DNA of 27,313 bases. Origin: a virus. Taxonomy: Duplodnaviria; Caudoviricetes. The DNA lies in the IMG/VR virus record IMGVR_UViG_3300014656_000107, positions 1 to 27,313 of that record, one strand, 5' to 3'. Below, one piece after another: positions 1 to 6,657 of this stretch. Every line of letters starts with the position of its first letter. Position 1 is the stretch's first letter. A program made the translations under genes and the position numbers. The notes under the pieces were generated by a model, which saw only the letters and a program-made list of their open reading frames with translations, had not been told where the DNA came from and made no database searches.

Positions 1-207
1 CATGTTTTCACCTCTCTTAATCCGCTCCATTACCGTTGCCCTTATCGCTTTGGTCTCCAAATTAAAGGGAATTAGTTTTGCAGAGTAGATTGCAAATTCC
101 GTTCCATCCGCCCCATTGTTTTTTACCTTAATTTCGATGCGCTCTAAAGCATCAGCGATTCGACTGGCTTCCAATACCAATACTCCCTTTTGAAGTAATA
201 GGATCAT
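1..207 (-). CDS. Hypothetical protein, open to the window edge (MILLLQKGVLVLEASRIADALERIEIKV...)
   Basis: Frame open from ATG 207 to base 1, co-oriented with neighbours; start uncertain; the ATG at 1-3 has a GAGGTG SD and may start the next gene. Confidence 0.4.
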   Translation of the reverse strand, partial: MILLLQKGVLVLEASRIADALERIEIKVKNNGADGTEFAIYSAKLIPFNLETKAIRATVMERIKRGENM

Positions 208-251
208 TCTGCTTCGCCACCTTTCATTTTTTAATGTTTCTTTGATTCCAA

Positions 252-503
252 CTATTTCTTCTGCCCCAGGATTTCTTCCGCCAAGCTGCCTATTTCATCT
301 TTTAGGGACTTAATCTCTTCAAGAACGTCAATGAAGAGATCATAAACTATATCGCCGCTGGATAAGTTTACTCCGGCGTTTTTTTTCAAGAGATTCAAAT
401 CTTTTTCGAGTTTTAATTCTGTCATATTTCTCCTTGCAATCCACAAGCTCCAATCCTCAATCGACATTTCCATCTGCTCTCTAATCTGATTCCGAGTTAG
501 CAC
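252..503 (-). CDS. Hypothetical helical protein
   Basis: GTG start preceded by AAGGAGGA; abuts the upstream gene stop. Confidence 0.65.
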   Translation of the reverse strand: MLTRNQIREQMEMSIEDWSLWIARRNMTELKLEKDLNLLKKNAGVNLSSGDIVYDLFIDVLEEIKSLKDEIGSLAEEILGQKK

Positions 504-799
504 TATTCCTCCTTTTTAAAGAAGCTAAAAAACGCTTCGTTTAGGTTCGGCTGATATTCCTTGAACTCCTCGATAAGTTGCAATTTCCCTTCTACTAACA
601 TAGTTTTACGATAGTTCTCCAGAAAATCCGTATCTTGCCACTTGGCTTGCATATTCTTTTGTATCTGCCACTCAACATTTAAGTCAACCAGTTTGCACCA
701 AACAAAATCCCTTTGTTGAGATACTGCCAGCACAAAGCCAAAATGCAGTCCAGCGAAAAAGAATACCGCCAAGAAAAAAGCGATTAGAATTGTTCGCAT
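503..799 (-). CDS. Hypothetical membrane-anchored protein
   Basis: Likely start MRTILIAFFLAVFFFAGLHFGFVLAV at 799 (N-terminal hydrophobic helix) rather than track start 847, which overlaps YopX more deeply. Confidence 0.6.
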   Translation of the reverse strand: MRTILIAFFLAVFFFAGLHFGFVLAVSQQRDFVWCKLVDLNVEWQIQKNMQAKWQDTDFLENYRKTMLVEGKLQLIEEFKEYQPNLNEAFFSFFKKEE

Positions 800-1188
800 G
801 GCGAGTCCTTTTCTAAGAGTTCCAGATTCTCGTGGACGTGTTTCCATTTCTTGCTATTACAATTTTTACATATGACTTCACCATCTTCCAAAAGTTGAAT
901 TGACCACTTTTCGTTAGTCCCGATAGGTTGTAAGTAGAAACACCCTTTGTACCAAATGATTACACACTTTATTTTGTGGACTAAAGTAATGTCATCCTTA
1001 AATCCCTCCTTTCCGTTTTTATCCTTGAGTCCGGTGGAGAGCATGAGATCATATTTGTAAGAGACATTACTTTGAGTGTCATGTGAAATCAAAACACCGT
1101 TCAAAGTCATATCCGGGGCAGAGCAATCCGTTTCATAATAGACCATTTTCTTTTCTTCCTTATCCCATAACCTGATTCTTGGTATCAT
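784..1188 (-). CDS. YopX-family phage protein
   Basis: N-terminal R-x-WDK motif, STGLKDKNGKE..DDI core and C-terminal VHENLELLE are characteristic of YopX. Confidence 0.85.
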   Translation of the reverse strand: MIPRIRLWDKEEKKMVYYETDCSAPDMTLNGVLISHDTQSNVSYKYDLMLSTGLKDKNGKEGFKDDITLVHKIKCVIIWYKGCFYLQPIGTNEKWSIQLLEDGEVICKNCNSKKWKHVHENLELLEKDSPCEQF

Positions 1189-1406
1189 TTGTATTTCTCC
1201 TTTCGGCTTGTGATTTTGTTGTTATAGTAAAATCTTCTATCCTCTCCTTGACAACACCACTTTCCACTGTAATCCTCATTTAAGGCGTGATGAATAACAA
1301 TACCTGAACCATTCTCAAAAACGAGACGAGGGTTGCATTGGCACATTGTATCCCCTGGTTTAGTATTATGTATAACCATATCAGTTACTGGGAATACCTG
1401 TATCAT
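1185..1406 (-). CDS. Hypothetical Cys/His-rich protein
   Basis: H...CQCNP...IHH putative metal-binding pattern; ATGA overlap with YopX. Confidence 0.6.
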   Translation of the reverse strand: MIQVFPVTDMVIHNTKPGDTMCQCNPRLVFENGSGIVIHHALNEDYSGKWCCQGEDRRFYYNNKITSRKEKYK

Positions 1407-1410
1407 GGTT

Positions 1411-1566
1411 TTACCAAAGTTTTAAATCGTTATATATGTTTTTTGCCACATATCTTGAACCGTTAATTAAGAGAAAAAGAATTAGAAATGCCCCTGAAAT
1501 ATATATAGGGATTAACCAAATTAACCTCCAGCCAATTATCCATATTGAAACATATTTTTCTTTCAT
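1411..1566 (-). CDS. Small membrane protein, 51 aa (MKEKYVSIWIIGWRLIWLIPIYISGAFLILFLLINGSRYVAKNIYNDLKLW); not in the ORF track
   Basis: AAAGGA SD 7 nt before ATG; long hydrophobic segment; stop 4 nt before the next start at 1406. Confidence 0.6.
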   Translation of the reverse strand: MKEKYVSIWIIGWRLIWLIPIYISGAFLILFLLINGSRYVAKNIYNDLKLW

Positions 1567-1587
1567 GTTTTATTCCTTTCTTTTCTT

Positions 1588-1633
1588 CCCACCGGGGGGA
1601 GAGGGAAGTGACGGCTCTCCCCGTTGCAGTGGG
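1588..1633 (-). other. GC-rich intergenic stem-loop
   Basis: GGGGAGAG/CTCTCCCC 8-bp stem (1596-1603/1615-1622) enclosed by CCCACT/GGTGGG, directly upstream of the SD of 1411..1566. Confidence 0.5.
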
Positions 1634-1705
1634 TTGCGTTTGCACCGACAGCAGAAGGTGAAAACGGTTATCGTCGAAAGAGTGGGGGATATATACTCTC
1701 ATCTT

Positions 1706-2023
1706 TTACCCTTGTTTACGAGCTTCAGTTCCTTGATTGCCGGGCGGCTCAGGAATTGTAGAAGCCAGGTTCATCTTTTTACGACCCTTAGCCAGTTGAG
1801 CAACCAACTTTTCTCTCTTTTCGGGTGTTATATTTACCCTTTTGGTTGTCCGATAAGGCATATATTCGTATAGGGAACAACCATTTAAAGGCTTGCAATC
1901 AAATCCACCCTCATCTTCTCCACAACAGACGTAACACTGACAAATGATTGCCTCTTTTCTACTTAACGGTTTTCCGAGTTTCCATTTATTGTATTCCATC
2001 TTACCTTTCTTCATCCCCATCAT
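1706..2023 (-). CDS. Cys-rich hypothetical protein (functional copy downstream of HNH)
   Basis: AAGGAGGAA SD; KPLSRKEAIICQCYVCCG...C...CSLY putative Zn-binding pattern. Confidence 0.75.
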   Translation of the reverse strand: MMGMKKGKMEYNKWKLGKPLSRKEAIICQCYVCCGEDEGGFDCKPLNGCSLYEYMPYRTTKRVNITPEKREKLVAQLAKGRKKMNLASTIPEPPGNQGTEARKQG

Positions 2024-2649
2024 TTCCTCCTTACAAAACGTCCATTATCTCCACGCCATGTAGGTTTTTCCTGTAGATGACATTTTTTACACAAGGTTAT
2101 CCCATTACCAATATCCCAAAAAGGTTCATAATTTAAAGCCATCTCGAACAACATTTCCTTATTTTTTTCTACCGATAAATGCGAATATTTAACCAACAAT
2201 TCATAAAACATAACTTGAAACCTTTTTATGTGATGTGCATGAAGAGTTCCCTTATTACCACAAATCCTGCAAACATATTTATCCCTTTTATATACTTTCT
2301 TACGCCATTCATTATATTTGATCCCCTCTCTTATCATGCGAATTAGAGGAGTAACTCCACCTTTCCAAAGATGGCATTTTTCTCTTATCATAGGATTGGA
2401 TTTATGTCTTTTAATTTGTGATTTGCTTACAATCATCTTACTCTCTTTAGATTGAGTCCAACACTTAGAGGAACAAAATCTTCTATTCCTACGAAATGGT
2501 TTTGTTCTAAATTCCCGACCACATATCTCACAGATTCCTTTTATGTTTCCATGCTTACGTTTTTCCCTACAAACATCAGAACAAACCCTTGATGCTCTAT
2601 ACGGTTTGATAAATTCTTTGCCACATTCGACACATTTCGTTTTATTCAT
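2020..2649 (-). CDS. HNH homing endonuclease with N-terminal zinc-finger repeats
   Basis: CxxCG..F...CS..C repeats, HLWKGG motif, RDKYVCRICG...LHAHHIK...NGITLCKKCH HNH core. Confidence 0.9.
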   Translation of the reverse strand: MNKTKCVECGKEFIKPYRASRVCSDVCREKRKHGNIKGICEICGREFRTKPFRRNRRFCSSKCWTQSKESKMIVSKSQIKRHKSNPMIREKCHLWKGGVTPLIRMIREGIKYNEWRKKVYKRDKYVCRICGNKGTLHAHHIKRFQVMFYELLVKYSHLSVEKNKEMLFEMALNYEPFWDIGNGITLCKKCHLQEKPTWRGDNGRFVRRK

Positions 2650-2691
2650 AGTATATCCTCCTCAATACATAATACGTATTAAAGAGGCACT
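2650..2691 (-). promoter_or_regulatory. Hairpin occluding the Shine-Dalgarno of the HNH gene
   Basis: Minus strand AGTG-CCTCT-TTAATACGT-att-ATGTATTGA-GGAGG-ata-TACT pairs nearly end to end and buries GGAGG. Confidence 0.7.
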
Positions 2692-2790
2692 TTGTTTGAC
2701 GTAACATTGGGCAAGTATAGCTTCTTTCCGGCTTAGAGGTTTTCCAGCCAGAAACTTTGCGTATTCTTGACCACCTTTTTTCATGGACAT
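2662..2790 (-). pseudogene. Truncated 5' remnant of the 1706..2023 gene family
   Basis: MSMKKGGQEYAKFLAGKPLSRKEAILAQCYV matches MGMKKGKMEYNKWKLGKPLSRKEAIICQCYV; similarity stops abruptly after TGTTACGTC and the frame ends 11 codons later. Confidence 0.75.
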
Positions 2791-2818
2791 TATTTGCCTT
2801 CCTCCATTTAAACCCACA

Positions 2819-2917
2819 ACAAGGGTAGAGACCTTGGCAGGGTTTTGGTGAGACGCAACTCTACCCTTGTGTGAGTAAACTCTATATGTTTGTGATTGAT
2901 TCATTTTACCTGCCAAG
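2819..2917 (-). ncRNA. Putative structured 5' leader B (stem-loop whose loop pairs with an upstream site)
   Basis: Perfect 12-bp stem 2859-2870/2819-2830; loop CCTGCCAAG (2833-2841) complementary to upstream CTTGGCAGG (2909-2917). Confidence 0.6.
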
Positions 2918-2957
2918 TTTTTAGAGAGCGCTCTCGACTTTACTTTTTACATCGGCA

Positions 2958-2985
2958 AATATAACTCTTTCTTAAATCCTGTCAA
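2958..2985 (-). promoter_or_regulatory. Sigma70-like promoter TTGACA-N16-TATATT
   Basis: Consensus -35 and 5/6 -10, intergenic, upstream of leader B. Confidence 0.65.
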
Positions 2986-3006
2986 TACTCGATTTTAAAA
3001 AAGATT

Positions 3007-3429
3007 CTACTTAGAAAAACTACCAAGTTCCCTTTTATTTATACCACATTTTACCAATACTCTTTTTATGGTCATTCTACTACATTTCTTAAGATGAGCT
3101 ATTTCTCCGACAATTTTTTTATCTCCAAGATAAAGATCGAGAATTTCCCTTCGTTCGGTCAAATTAAATTTTCTACTTTTACCGTGATTAACCGAATGAA
3201 ATTTATTTATATGACAAGAATGACAAACTACCACCATATTATCTTTATGATGATTGGTTCTTGATAGGTCTTTGTGGTGAATTTCTTTGGTTGGTTTGCC
3301 ACACAATTCACATTTATAATTTTGTTCTTGAAGTTTTTCAAGACGAACCTTTCTCATAATATAGTATTGGGGATAATTCGCAATACCTCCCCGCCAATTA
3401 TGATTTTCCTTTCCAAATGGAGCACCCAT
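3007..3429 (-). CDS. HNH endonuclease with C-terminal helix-turn-helix
   Basis: GKENHNWRGG motif, CELCG...IHHKD..RTNH..DNMVVVCHSCH core, C-terminal IVGEIAHLKKCSRMTIKRVL HTH-like; GGAG SD. Confidence 0.88.
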   Translation of the reverse strand: MGAPFGKENHNWRGGIANYPQYYIMRKVRLEKLQEQNYKCELCGKPTKEIHHKDLSRTNHHKDNMVVVCHSCHINKFHSVNHGKSRKFNLTERREILDLYLGDKKIVGEIAHLKKCSRMTIKRVLVKCGINKRELGSFSK

Positions 3430-3447
3430 AATTTATCTCCAATAAAG

Positions 3448-3545
3448 ATAGCGTAGAACTGGTTGGAGCGGACAATGCAGAAACAAAGTCCCCAATCCTA
3501 CGCTATTAGATTTGTCCTTAAATAAAAATTGCACTGACCGCTCCA
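3448..3545 (-). ncRNA. Putative structured 5' leader A of the HNH gene
   Basis: 15-bp stem 3492-3506/3448-3462 (two G-U on minus strand); loop segment 3464-3479 pairs 15/16 with upstream 3530-3545. Confidence 0.62.
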
Positions 3546-3582
3546 TGTAATATGATACGACACCAGTATTAAGATGTTTGAT

Positions 3583-3708
3583 TTATTCTTTGGGCTTATC
3601 TCCCTTCTCTTTCCATATATGCCCGCACTTGATACAGACCAGCTCCCAGGTAGTGATCCGGGTGCGCACAGTCTGGCTTTTGCATACGGGGCATTGGGGT
3701 TTATTCAT
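3583..3708 (-). CDS. Zinc-ribbon microprotein, 41 aa (MNKPQCPVCKSQTVRTRITTWELVCIKCGHIWKEKGDKPKE); not in the ORF track
   Basis: AAGGAG SD, CPVC-x15-CIKCGHIW. Confidence 0.75.
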   Translation of the reverse strand: MNKPQCPVCKSQTVRTRITTWELVCIKCGHIWKEKGDKPKE

Positions 3709-3732
3709 GGTTAGCTCCTTTGAGTTAGAGGG

Positions 3733-3954
3733 TTAATAAACTACATGGACAAACATATAGTTATTATATTCTCGTCTACGTTTAACATCACGTTTAGCCC
3801 TTCCAGCAATACGTTCATCGACATAATCCTGCATAAGCCAACGCAATTCGATTCCATCCCATTCATCCGGGGTGGTTTCGACTGCTTTTTGTAGTTTGGC
3901 TTTTATAATATCGCACATATCACCAATAAAAGCCTTTTGTTGTTTGTTATTCAT
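3733..3954 (-). CDS. Hypothetical early protein, paralog of 4962..5189
   Basis: Shared EWDGIELRWL and KRxRE(Y/F)NN motifs; AAGGTG SD. Confidence 0.8.
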   Translation of the reverse strand: MNNKQQKAFIGDMCDIIKAKLQKAVETTPDEWDGIELRWLMQDYVDERIAGRAKRDVKRRREYNNYMFVHVVY

Positions 3955-3974
3955 CTTTTCACCTTTCCTTTAGA

Positions 3975-3998
3975 CCGGGGAGTTTTGACGCTCCCCGG
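3975..3998 (-). other. Intergenic stem-loop without U-tract
   Basis: CCGGGGAG-N8-CTCCCCGG perfect 8-bp stem just after the stop of 4010..4423. Confidence 0.55.
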
Positions 3999-4009
3999 CT
4001 GGTTAGGGG

Positions 4010-4423
4010 TTAATACTCTTCCGGTTTCATAATAGTAAAGCCTTCGTATTCGTTAAAGCAGAGCCAGAGTTTTACGGTTGCTTGTTTAGTTCTACTTACC
4101 TGGAATATAACCGGGTATTCCACCAAGCTGGGGTTGGGCGCTTCTGGATCGGCTCCATGTTTCCTTCGGGCTATTTTGAAATAGAAGGTTGCCATATATA
4201 GAACATCCCAAAGCCTGCCAGTAAAGTCTTGAAGTCCTTCCAATCCTTCTGGCGCTTTCACCAATTCATATACTCCGATAGTCAAGCAAACCGGAATCTT
4301 GAAACCGGCTTCTTTTGCTTCCTTGGTGTCTGATACATCCACTAAAACGCCATCTTCTATGGCTTGCTGCCGACTATATACTGAGATCGGCTCACCAAAG
4401 AATTGATCGTTTTCCTGTTCCAT
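4010..4423 (-). CDS. DUF6573-like protein
   Basis: ISVYSRQQAIEDGVLVDVS, GRLWDVL and terminal TIMKPEEY are motifs I recognise from this phage/plasmid family. Confidence 0.75.
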   Translation of the reverse strand: MEQENDQFFGEPISVYSRQQAIEDGVLVDVSDTKEAKEAGFKIPVCLTIGVYELVKAPEGLEGLQDFTGRLWDVLYMATFYFKIARRKHGADPEAPNPSLVEYPVIFQVSRTKQATVKLWLCFNEYEGFTIMKPEEY

Positions 4424-4435
4424 TTTCCTTGCTCC

Positions 4436-4648
4436 TTATTTCACCTCTTTGGGTTTAAGGTTTGTGCTTCTATTTATCTTATCGGCTACCTTTTTACGTA
4501 GAGCCAAAGGTCCAAGGTCGTCAACGGTTCGCCATAGTCCATTAATCATATATAGAGTGACAGGGACCTTTGAACCATCCTCTAATTCACTGAAACCATG
4601 ATGTATCTTTTCGGGTTTTAAGATTTTCAGCTTTTCTTGAAGGTCCAT
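4436..4648 (-). CDS. Hypothetical protein
   Basis: ATG with GGCGGTG upstream; tightly packed in the early operon. Confidence 0.6.
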   Translation of the reverse strand: MDLQEKLKILKPEKIHHGFSELEDGSKVPVTLYMINGLWRTVDDLGPLALRKKVADKINRSTNLKPKEVK

Positions 4649-4673
4649 TGTTTTCGCACCGCCTTTCTTTGGT

Positions 4674-4922
4674 TTAAATGTTACAAATACAAGCCGTTGG
4701 GTTATCTTTTGTCATAATCTCTATGGCTTCTCTAAAATCGTTGTCCGTATTGACTTTATAAAACTCGAAAACGTGTCCGGTTTGAGCGTTGATGTATATT
4801 AATGCCTTTTGAAAAGCTGGATAAACGTATGCTTCGATTTGTTTTTGTCGATCGAATTGATTGCGAGCATTGGGTTTTACAAACCCACTACAAACCCAAT
4901 GACTATAATCTTTTGTTTTCAT
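4674..4922 (-). CDS. Hypothetical protein
   Basis: GAGGTG SD; packed in the early operon. Confidence 0.65.
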   Translation of the reverse strand: MKTKDYSHWVCSGFVKPNARNQFDRQKQIEAYVYPAFQKALIYINAQTGHVFEFYKVNTDNDFREAIEIMTKDNPTACICNI

Positions 4923-4961
4923 CTTTTCACCTCATGCCCTTTGCTTGTTCGTCAAGGGCGG

Positions 4962-5189
4962 TTAATAGATATAGTTTACGTTTAGGTGGTTATTAAATTC
5001 CCGTTTACGTTTCAAGCTCCCCATGCTCTTGGTTACGATCTGATCGTTGACGTAGCTTTGCACTAACCAACGCAATTCGATCCCATCCCATTCGTTTGGG
5101 ATACGTTCATCGTCCACCACCTTGAGTAAAGACTTCTTGGTATTGTCAAGAAGCTCCTCAATAAACTGTTTCTGCTCTTGGTTCGTCAT
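4962..5189 (-). CDS. Hypothetical early protein, paralog of 3733..3954; first gene of the leftward operon
   Basis: AAGGA SD; EWDGIELRWL motif. Confidence 0.8.
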   Translation of the reverse strand: MTNQEQKQFIEELLDNTKKSLLKVVDDERIPNEWDGIELRWLVQSYVNDQIVTKSMGSLKRKREFNNHLNVNYIY

Positions 5190-5245
5190 TTCACTATCCT
5201 TTCATTTAAAGGTTTTTGTTTGTCTCTGTTCTTATCATCGGCAGT

Positions 5246-5273
5246 AATATAATACATCTTAACACACACGCAA
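5246..5273 (-). promoter_or_regulatory. Leftward sigma70-like promoter TTGCGT-N16-TATATT
   Basis: Same spacer, same -10 and same downstream TGCCGATG as the 2958-2985 promoter. Confidence 0.55.
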
Positions 5274-5462
5274 TAACAATCTCAATTATTTTAACATTAT
5301 ATAGTAACAACTTAGCAATAAATCTTTGCACTGTATTTGTGCATGAGATTGATAGGGTGTAGAAGGTTGATTTTACTATATCGGACAAGTTATGTCTTAT
5401 ATAAAGATTAAGTGAGACAAAGAGTTAACCTTAAAGCTGATAAATTCAGTCCTAATTAAAAG

Positions 5463-5699
5463 AGGCCGGACGGCCTGATTGTTTTTTCTCGCCGCCTTTT
5501 TTTCTTCTTTTCTTCAAATAAATCTTCAAATCTCAAACAAAAGCAATTCTTGTTACGTATTTCCGTTGACGTTACTTTAGTTTGGCGGTTGGATTAAGAA
5601 GTTAAAAGAATTTATCTATATGGTCGGGATCGAAAAGATGATCCCGACAAGCGTAGCGTAGCGTAGCTTAAAGGTAGTTTGCTTTTGATTTGCTTTTGG
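5463..5699. repeat. Non-coding hairpin/repeat cluster between the divergent arms
   Basis: AGGCCG-GA-CGGCCT (5463-5476); GTCGGGATC-N8-GATCCCGAC (5623-5648); GCGTAGC x3 overlapping (5651-5667); TTGCTTTTG x2 (5679-5698) inverted against CAAAAGCAA (5538-5546). Confidence 0.7.
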
Positions 5700-5785
5700 T
5701 TCTCTTTGCCCAGGGGTCTAAGTGGTTCGTTCCTCACCCCAAAGACTGTCCACTGAAAATAAATTGACCTATTGAAAGATTTATC

Positions 5786-5813
5786 TTGACAAAGGCAAAT
5801 ATCAGTGTATTAT
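5786..5813 (+). promoter_or_regulatory. Rightward sigma70-like promoter TTGACA-N16-TATTAT
   Basis: Consensus -35 and 5/6 -10 at the head of the structural arm. Confidence 0.6.
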
Positions 5814-5938
5814 GAAGCGTAATGGAAACAGGACTAAAAAGGTCTGGTAAGTGATGATTGATTAGATAAGCAGGGTTGAACGATATTGAAGAGTTTGAGT
5901 AAAGATAAGACCGAAAAGTGTAGAACAATACAACAGTA

Positions 5939-6346
5939 ATGGCGATAGATAGAAGTTGTAGACACTCACCAAGATACTCGTTTAGGACTATTAAGGGACA
6001 TCGTTCAGCACGTAGGTCTAATCACGCATGGCATAGGCATACACAAGATGAACGTGAGCAGGCACGTATGAAGGCACAGGACAATAGGATAGACAAGGCT
6101 ATAGTACAAGCACAAGCGCAGGAGTTAGCACGTGTGCAGGCACAGCAAGCAAAGGATAATAGCTGGTTTGCTAAGACTTGTGAAGCAATTAGACAGGTAC
6201 AAGATGTTGGGGGTAAAGAGAACATGACCAATAACGGACAAAATGTAAACTTGGCTAAGTCTACAGGTAGTATAGAGGACAAGATCAGTCCCGTATCATG
6301 CAAAGAGGGGGGGGATAACCCACCCCTGCCGGTGCGTGTGGGGTAA
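5939..6346 (+). CDS. Hypothetical protein, basic N-terminus and QA-rich coil
   Basis: 135-codon ORF downstream of the promoter, but no clear SD and low-complexity composition. Confidence 0.4.
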   Translation: MAIDRSCRHSPRYSFRTIKGHRSARRSNHAWHRHTQDEREQARMKAQDNRIDKAIVQAQAQELARVQAQQAKDNSWFAKTCEAIRQVQDVGGKENMTNNGQNVNLAKSTGSIEDKISPVSCKEGGDNPPLPVRVG

Positions 6347-6370
6347 TTAATTAGCTGTAGTTGTATATTT

Positions 6371-6603
6371 ATAAAAACATTGTCCTTATTTGGGGTAACG
6401 AGATGTCAAGTAACCTTTTAGATGAAATCATAGTTAATGCTTGTAATGAAATGAGTTTTAAGGTAGAGCAACAGATTAAAGTATGTTTACAGCCAAGACC
6501 AGAATATTTGCCTGAGTTCTTATGGAAAGCTATTTTAAAGAGATTGTTAGTGTTACAATATTTTAAATAAAAACATTGTCCCTTTATGAGGTAACATAAT
6601 GTC
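6371..6603 (+). repeat. 37-bp imperfect direct repeat (6371-6407 and 6567-6603) flanking a small gene
   Basis: ATAAAAACATTGTCC identical; 30/37 identical overall; each copy ends in SD + ATGTC. Confidence 0.8.
6403..6570 (+). CDS. Small hypothetical protein, 55 aa (MSSNLLDEII...)
   Basis: GGGGT SD before ATG 6403, preferred over track start 6361. Confidence 0.6.
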   Translation: MSSNLLDEIIVNACNEMSFKVEQQIKVCLQPRPEYLPEFLWKAILKRLLVLQYFK

Positions 6604-6657
6604 TAATAGCGAGATAGTATATAAATATGACTATGAGAACACGATAAAGGAGATTTG

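Noticed and set aside
1570-1705. tRNA gene
   Set aside because: No T-loop GTTCRA, D-loop or cloverleaf on either strand
1436-1873. Plus-strand 145-aa ORF and minus-strand 1463..1702 ORF
   Set aside because: Antisense to or out of frame with better-supported genes; 1411..1566 has the SD and fits the packing
2020-2700. Group I intron around the HNH
   Set aside because: Only about 50 nt of non-coding flank and no P7 core; the downstream gene has its own SD and start
3007-3545. IscB/HEARO-type RNA-guided element
   Set aside because: The 140-aa protein lacks PLMP and RuvC motifs and the leader is only about 100 nt
5206-5388. 60-aa minus-strand ORF
   Set aside because: Overlaps the predicted promoter, TTG start, no SD; the 5734..5928 ORF is rejected on similar grounds
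5390-5940. CRISPR or guide-RNA array in the long intergenic region
   Set aside because: No regularly spaced repeat-spacer units; only short tandem and inverted repeats
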